DNA from: Erysipelotrichaceae bacterium MTC7
GTDB taxonomy: Bacteria > Bacillota_I > Bacilli_A > Erysipelotrichales > Erysipelotrichaceae
NCBI GenBank assembly: GCA_001695645.1
Contig: LVZN01000067.1
Location: forward strand, 1-32,000
Length of the DNA stretch: 32,000 bases
Reading direction: 5' to 3'
A program made the position numbers and the translations under genes. Numbering within the stretch: position 1 is the first letter of the stretch; each line of letters starts with the position of its first letter. This document shows positions 27,307-32,000 of this stretch, one piece after another. Under the pieces are notes generated by a model. It ran no database searches. It was not told the DNA's origin and saw only the letters and a list, made by a program, of their open reading frames with translations.

Positions 27307-28242
27307 ATGAAAAATATACGAATCGTATTCATGGGAACACCAGTATTTGCTTGTTCCATTTTGAAGAGTTTAGTTGATGCAAAGTACAATGTAGTAGGTG
27401 TGGTAAGTCAACCAGATAAACGTGTTGGAAGAAAGCAAATCATTCAAGAAACTCCAGTTAAAGAATTAGCGAAAAGCTATCAAATCCCAGTATTTCAACC
27501 AGTCAAAATTAAAGATGACTATCAAGAAATACTCGATTTGAAGCCGGATCTTATTGTGACTTGTGCTTACGGTCAATTTATTCCAGAGGTGGTTTTACAA
27601 GCACCAACTTATGGGTCATTGAATGTTCATGCTTCTTTGTTGCCAAAACTTAGAGGTGGAGCACCAATTCATAAAGCGATTATTTATGGCGAAAAAGAAA
27701 CGGGTGTATCCATTATGCGCATGGTAAAGAAAATGGATGCTGGTGATTATATGTTGCAAGAAAAAGTAACAATCACCGATGAGGATACAACTGGTTCCTT
27801 ACACGATAAATTAATGGTTGCAGGAGCAAAAGCGATTGTTGAAGCCATTCCTTTATTGGTTGAAGGTAACGCTGTGTTTACTGCCCAAGATGAAAGCCAA
27901 GCAACATTTGCTTACAACATTTCAAAAGAAGAAGAAAAAATTGATATGCGTAAGTCAATGGATGAAGTCTACAATCAAATCCGTGGATTAATTCCATGGC
28001 CAGTAGGATATATTATGTTTTGCGAACGTAAATTAAAAATTCACGAGGTGAAACGTACAGATGTAACGACATCTGAACCTGTTGGCACGGTGTTTCGTAA
28101 AGAAGGTGACAAGAAAGGCTTGTATCTTTCATGTCATGGGGGTTGCTTGCAACTCACTAAAGTCCAATTAGAAGGGAAGAAGGCCTGTAACTGTTCCGAG
28201 TTTATCAACGGAAACGGGAATCGGGTTGTAGTTTGTAAATGA
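27307..28242 (+). CDS. fmt: Methionyl-tRNA formyltransferase
   Basis: 311 aa. IVFMGTP N-terminus and HASLLPKLRGGAPI catalytic motif. Confidence 0.96.
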   Translation: MKNIRIVFMGTPVFACSILKSLVDAKYNVVGVVSQPDKRVGRKQIIQETPVKELAKSYQIPVFQPVKIKDDYQEILDLKPDLIVTCAYGQFIPEVVLQAPTYGSLNVHASLLPKLRGGAPIHKAIIYGEKETGVSIMRMVKKMDAGDYMLQEKVTITDEDTTGSLHDKLMVAGAKAIVEAIPLLVEGNAVFTAQDESQATFAYNISKEEEKIDMRKSMDEVYNQIRGLIPWPVGYIMFCERKLKIHEVKRTDVTTSEPVGTVFRKEGDKKGLYLSCHGGCLQLTKVQLEGKKACNCSEFINGNGNRVVVCK

Positions 28243-28730
28243 AAACAGAAAAAATAGTATTATGCGCCTTTGGTGCAGCGTTAACGTTTTTAGCAACTGT
28301 AATTATTGTGTTACCAATGCCAGCAATGGGATATGTTAACTTTGGAGATTCTATAATTTATCTGTTTGCTTGTATTTTAAATCCACTTGCGGCATTTTTT
28401 GTTGGTGGAGTCGGTAGTGCCCTTGCCGATATTTATTTAGGGTATACACAATTTGCTATCTTTACATTAATTATTAAAGGTATCGAAGGGTTGTTAGTGG
28501 CTTATTTGTTCAAAAAGATTAGTAAAAAGTTTCGTGGAGTCGCTTTTGTTTGCGGAGCCATCTTGATGATTGCTGGGTATTACGTGACAGACGTTATCTT
28601 ACTTCAAGATTTTGTTGCTGCATTACCAAGTATTCAAGGAAATTTAGTACAAGGTGGAGTATGTGTAGTTTTTGCATTACTTGCTTACCAACCATTTGTA
28701 CGCATTGCTAGTAAATATAAAAAAGATTAG
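28239..28730 (+). CDS. ECF-transporter S-component-like membrane protein (substrate unknown)
   Basis: 163 aa, about 5-6 TM segments. Pattern NFGDSIIYL...GGVGSALADIYLGY...KGIEG resembles the ECF_trnsprt family of substrate-capture subunits. ATGA overlap with the fmt stop. Confidence 0.55.
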   Translation: MKTEKIVLCAFGAALTFLATVIIVLPMPAMGYVNFGDSIIYLFACILNPLAAFFVGGVGSALADIYLGYTQFAIFTLIIKGIEGLLVAYLFKKISKKFRGVAFVCGAILMIAGYYVTDVILLQDFVAALPSIQGNLVQGGVCVVFALLAYQPFVRIASKYKKD

Positions 28731-28742
28731 AGGAGAATGTAT

Positions 28743-30548
28743 TTGAAACAGTCAAATATCCGTAACTTTTCAATTATCGCACATATTGATCATGGAAAAA
28801 GCACGCTTGCTGACCGTATCTTAGAATTAACGGAAACAGTCGAAATGCGTGACATGAAATCACAATTACTCGATAGCATGGATTTGGAAAGAGAACGAGG
28901 AATTACAATTAAATTAAACGCGGTTCAGTTGAAGTATACTGCAAAAGATGGGGAAGATTATGTCTTTCACTTAATTGATACTCCAGGACACGTCGATTTT
29001 ACGTATGAGGTATCTCGCTCGCTTGCTGCGTGTGATGGTGCTGTATTGGTGGTGGATGCTGCCCAAGGAATTGAAGCACAAACGCTTGCCAACGTATATT
29101 TAGCACTAGATAATGATCTGGAAATTTTACCAGTTATCAATAAAATTGATTTGCCAAGTGCTAGACCTGAAGAAATCATGCATGAAATTGAAGAAGTTAT
29201 AGGGCTTGACGCAAGTTATGCACCACAAATATCAGCTAAAAGTGGATTGCATGTTGATGATGTATTGGAAGCAATTGTAACATACATCCCAGCACCACAA
29301 GGTGATGTAAGTGCACCACTTAAAGCTTTGGTGTTTGATTCGATTTATGATCCATATCGAGGTGTTATTGCTTTAGTTTCCATTAAAGAAGGTAAAATTA
29401 AAGTCGGAGATATGATTAAGTTCATGGCAACTGGAGCTGAATATGAAGTTTTAGAAGTTGGAATTCGTAACCCGAAAGAGGTTAAGAAGCAAGAACTTGT
29501 CACTGGAGAAGTTGGTTGGATTAGTGCTGCAATTAAGTCAATCAAGGATGTGCGTGTCGGTGATACGATTACGATAAAAGACGATCCAGCAGCAGAACCA
29601 CTTGCAGGATACCGCGTGATGAATCCTACAGTGTATTGTGGACTTTATCCAATCGATAATGCAAAATACAATGATATGCGTGAAGCACTGGAAAAGTTGC
29701 AACTCAATGATGCAGCTTTGCAGTTTGAACCAGAAACTTCACAAGCACTAGGATTTGGGTTCCGTTGTGGATTTTTAGGGTTGCTGCATATGGATGTCAT
29801 TCAAGAAAGAATTGAACGTGAATACAACATTCCATTAATTGCAACGGCACCAAGTGTTGTCTATCATGCATATCTAACAGATGGATCGATGAAACTCGTG
29901 GACAACCCTAGTTTCTTACCTGATCCCCAAAAGATTGATCATATTGAAGAACCGTATGTAAAAGCATCAATTATGGTTCCAAACGACTTTGTTGGACCAG
30001 TGATGGAACTTTGTCAAAAGAAACGTGGAAATTATAAGGATATGATTTACATTGATGATACAAGAATGAACTTGGTTTATGAACTTCCGTTATCAGAAAT
30101 TGTGTTTGACTTTTTTGATCGTTTAAAATCACTGAGTAAAGGATATGCAAGCTTTGATTATGAACTGATTGGTTATCAAACATCTCGATTGTCTAAAATG
30201 GATATTTTACTAAATGGTGAAATTGTCGATGCATTGAGTACAATTGTCCATCGTGACTTCGCGTATCCACGAGGAAAGGCGATTGTAGAGAAACTTAAAA
30301 ACTTGATTCCTAAACACCAATTTGAGATTCCAATTCAAGCAGCAATTGGTGGTAAAATCATTGCTCGTAGCAACATCAAATCATTACGTAAAAACGTTCT
30401 TGCCAAATGTTATGGTGGGGATATCTCGCGTAAGAAAAAATTATTAGAGAAACAAAAAGAAGGAAAGAAACGAATGAAATCTGTTGGTTCAGTAGAAGTA
30501 CCACAAGAAGCATTTATGTCAGTTCTTTCCATGGATGAAGAAAATTAG
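28743..30548 (+). CDS. lepA: Translation elongation factor 4 (LepA)
   Basis: [28 protein letters not shown] and NKIDL G-motifs plus the LepA C-terminal domain. AGGAG at 28731-28735 is 7 nt from the in-frame TTG 28743 (giving MKQSNIRNF) but only 1 nt from ATG 28737, so TTG is the preferred start. Confidence 0.95.
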   Translation: MKQSNIRNFSIIAHIDHGKSTLADRILELTETVEMRDMKSQLLDSMDLERERGITIKLNAVQLKYTAKDGEDYVFHLIDTPGHVDFTYEVSRSLAACDGAVLVVDAAQGIEAQTLANVYLALDNDLEILPVINKIDLPSARPEEIMHEIEEVIGLDASYAPQISAKSGLHVDDVLEAIVTYIPAPQGDVSAPLKALVFDSIYDPYRGVIALVSIKEGKIKVGDMIKFMATGAEYEVLEVGIRNPKEVKKQELVTGEVGWISAAIKSIKDVRVGDTITIKDDPAAEPLAGYRVMNPTVYCGLYPIDNAKYNDMREALEKLQLNDAALQFEPETSQALGFGFRCGFLGLLHMDVIQERIEREYNIPLIATAPSVVYHAYLTDGSMKLVDNPSFLPDPQKIDHIEEPYVKASIMVPNDFVGPVMELCQKKRGNYKDMIYIDDTRMNLVYELPLSEIVFDFFDRLKSLSKGYASFDYELIGYQTSRLSKMDILLNGEIVDALSTIVHRDFAYPRGKAIVEKLKNLIPKHQFEIPIQAAIGGKIIARSNIKSLRKNVLAKCYGGDISRKKKLLEKQKEGKKRMKSVGSVEVPQEAFMSVLSMDEEN

Positions 30549-30575
30549 AATCATGGCAACATGTTTCTTTTTTTT
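30548..30575 (+). terminator. Intrinsic terminator after lepA
   Basis: GAATCATG / CATGTTTC stem (one T-T mismatch), loop GCAA, followed by eight T. Confidence 0.7.
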
Positions 30576-30668
30576 GTACATATAGTTTAAAAAGTATTGT
30601 TCTATAAACACATTGTCCTATAAAGTGATAAAATACAATTAAATAATATAAGGGTGAGAGGATAATGC

Positions 30669-30743
30669 ATGTATAAAATAGCAATCTGTGATGACAATCA
30701 GAAGATTCTGAGTACGTCGCTCGTTTTGAGCCAGTCGCGATAG
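30669..30743 (+). pseudogene. 24-codon remnant resembling the N-terminus of a response-regulator receiver domain
   Basis: GAGAGGA SD, then ATG. MYKIAICDDNQKIL matches the beta1/acidic-pocket start of receiver domains (common in LytTR/AgrA-type regulators). The reading frame then ends after 10 unrelated codons. Confidence 0.35.
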
Positions 30744-30915
30744 TTTGTGCCACTTAAATCGCGATTAATTGCCCCAATATTTTCCATTAGTGAGAAACTG
30801 TTTCAAATTATTAAGACTTAAACCTTTAGTCTCTAGTCTATCTAATGTGTGAGCGATCGTCCAACTATTTTTCATTTCTTATGTATGAATGTATCTTAGC
30901 TTTATCTCGAATTGA

Positions 30916-31488
30916 CTACACGTGTTTTAAACCAAGAATACTAATACGCTCAAGTACCTTAGTTAGTGCATCAGTTAGTTCTTGTTCACTTACACCAGCA
31001 TCATCTTTTAACCATTCTAAGATGGTACCAATACTACCTTGTACAAAAAAGACAAAGTAAAAGTTTAATATTCTTGGATCATTTTCTTTAAAGTCTTTTG
31101 AAAAATCGCGCATTGCCATATTTTGAACTTCAGCAAATACGTTTTTGACAAGTCGACTGTTCTGGTAATCAGTTAAGATGATGCGACTTACTGTGCGATT
31201 TTCATTCAGTAAATGGATGAGTTTACTTAACCAAACATGAATAAATCCTTCACCTTCGATTTGTAAGATAGGCATTACACTAGCGATCAATTCGTCCTCA
31301 ATTTGATTAAACAAATCATTGCTATCTTGATAGTGTAAATAAAACGTTCCACGATTCACATCAGCAAGTTCGCAAATTTCTTTTACACTTACTTTCGATA
31401 TGTCTTTTTCTTCAAGTATTTTTAAAAATGATTGTTTAATGACTTGTTTGGTGTATTGTACGCGTCGATTGTTTTTTACTCCAGCCAT
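30916..31488 (-). CDS. TetR/AcrR-family transcriptional regulator
   Basis: N-terminal HTH ISKVSVKEICELADVNRGTFYLHYQDSNDL typical of TetR family (DhaS-like subgroup pattern). ATG 31488 is preferred. TTG 31506 is possible. Neither has a clear SD. Confidence 0.85.
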   Translation of the reverse strand: MAGVKNNRRVQYTKQVIKQSFLKILEEKDISKVSVKEICELADVNRGTFYLHYQDSNDLFNQIEDELIASVMPILQIEGEGFIHVWLSKLIHLLNENRTVSRIILTDYQNSRLVKNVFAEVQNMAMRDFSKDFKENDPRILNFYFVFFVQGSIGTILEWLKDDAGVSEQELTDALTKVLERISILGLKHV

Positions 31489-31518
31489 ATATATACCATT
31501 CAACAATTTTCTAAAAAG

Positions 31519-31543
31519 TGTTCAAAAGATAACATAATGAACA
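31519..31543. promoter_or_regulatory. Inverted repeat in the TetR/ABC divergent region (candidate operator)
   Basis: TGTTCA-N13-TGAACA, 6-bp perfect arms, located 31 nt upstream of the TetR ATG. Confidence 0.3.
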
Positions 31544-31553
31544 ATTTTGCATA

Positions 31554-31582
31554 TTGTCTACCTTTCATACTTTTATTATAAT
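31554..31582 (+). promoter_or_regulatory. Sigma-A type promoter of the ABC transporter gene
   Basis: TTGTCT (31554-31559), 17 nt spacer, TATAAT (31577-31582). Confidence 0.6.
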
Positions 31583-31598
31583 AACAGTGTGGGATGAA

Positions 31599-31615
31599 AT
31601 CAACATGGTGTTGAT
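31599..31615. promoter_or_regulatory. Perfect 7-3-7 palindrome between the -10 box and the SD of the ABC gene (candidate TetR operator or 5' UTR hairpin)
   Basis: ATCAACA-TGG-TGTTGAT, 16 nt downstream of the TATAAT and 6 nt upstream of the AGGAGG SD. Confidence 0.4.
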
Positions 31616-31631
31616 AATTTCAGGAGGACAT

Positions 31632-32000
31632 ATGTCATATATTGAAGTGAAACATGAATTTAAAATCTATAAAATGGGGTCACATGAAATCGTTGCTAAT
31701 GAAGATATGAACTTTAGCATTGAAGAAGGTGAACTCGTTGTTATTTTAGGGCCTAGTGGGGCTGGTAAAAGTACCATATTGAATATTTTAGGTGGTATGG
31801 ATAGTCCAACTGATGGAGACATTATCATTGATGGACAAAACATCGCAACTTATAATACAAGACAACTCACTAACTATCGTCGCACGGACGTTGGTTTTGT
31901 GTTTCAGTTTTACAATTTAGTACCCAATTTAACCGCAAAAGAAAATGTTGAACTTGCTACTGCAGTAAGTAAACATGCACTCAATGTGAGCGATGTTTTA
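31632..32000 (+). CDS. ABC transporter ATP-binding protein (MacB/LolD/FtsE-like subfamily), 5' partial at window edge
   Basis: My own translation: MSYIEVKHEFKIYKMG...VVILGPSGAGKSTILNILGG (Walker A)...VGFVFQFYNLVPNLTAKENVEL (Q-loop region). AGGAGG SD at 31622-31627. The frame stays open to the window end. Not listed in the ORF track because no stop is reached. Confidence 0.9.
   Translation, partial: MSYIEVKHEFKIYKMGSHEIVANEDMNFSIEEGELVVILGPSGAGKSTILNILGGMDSPTDGDIIIDGQNIATYNTRQLTNYRRTDVGFVFQFYNLVPNLTAKENVELATAVSKHALNVSDVL

Noticed and set aside
30845-31060. 71-aa + strand ORF
   Set aside because: It overlaps the 3' part of the TetR gene on the opposite strand, has no SD, and its composition is consistent with an antisense frame.
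1-32000. Search for CRISPR repeats, IS or transposon ends, integrases, phage genes, toxin-antitoxin pairs, restriction-modification or other defence hallmarks, and tRNA/rRNA genes
   Set aside because: I saw no regularly spaced direct repeats, no terminal inverted repeats, and no recombinase, nuclease or methylase motifs in any sizeable ORF. Essentially every long ORF is accounted for by a housekeeping or transport/regulatory family. I therefore do not claim a novel defence or mobile system in this window.

Overview
AT-rich, gene-dense chromosomal segment, almost all on the + strand, from a low-GC Gram-positive (Bacillota; gene order resembles the Bacillus yqe/yqf region, and the Prp/L27-propeptide trio is present). 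Most of it is core housekeeping, in these blocks: gpmA (-) | dnaE | rplU-prp-rpmA-obg | ybeY-dgkA-cdd-era-recO | glyQS-dnaG-sigA-trmK-phoH | comEA-comEC-holA | rpsT (-) | fmt-ECF S component-lepA. The non-core content is: a flavodoxin-like gene; a DD-carboxypeptidase + OmpR-type response regulator (RR) + large sensor histidine kinase (HK) module (4.7-8.6 kb); a tightly packed four-gene operon of poorly characterised proteins (YoaK/DUF1275, Nudix, small membrane protein, possible DUF2185/Imm33-like; 8.6-10.5 kb); a MATE exporter; and, at the right edge, a decayed intergenic scar followed by a divergent TetR regulator / ABC ATPase pair. I saw no tRNA, rRNA, CRISPR array, IS element, integrase, phage gene or recognisable defence gene. 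I found no convincing evidence for a new multi-gene system. The best leads are regulatory and architectural: a tandem 11-bp direct-repeat box shared by the carboxypeptidase and two-component promoters, two candidate leaderless operon starts, an orphan ECF S component translationally coupled to fmt, and the unknown four-gene operon. All functional calls come from motif recognition in the supplied translations. No database search was run.
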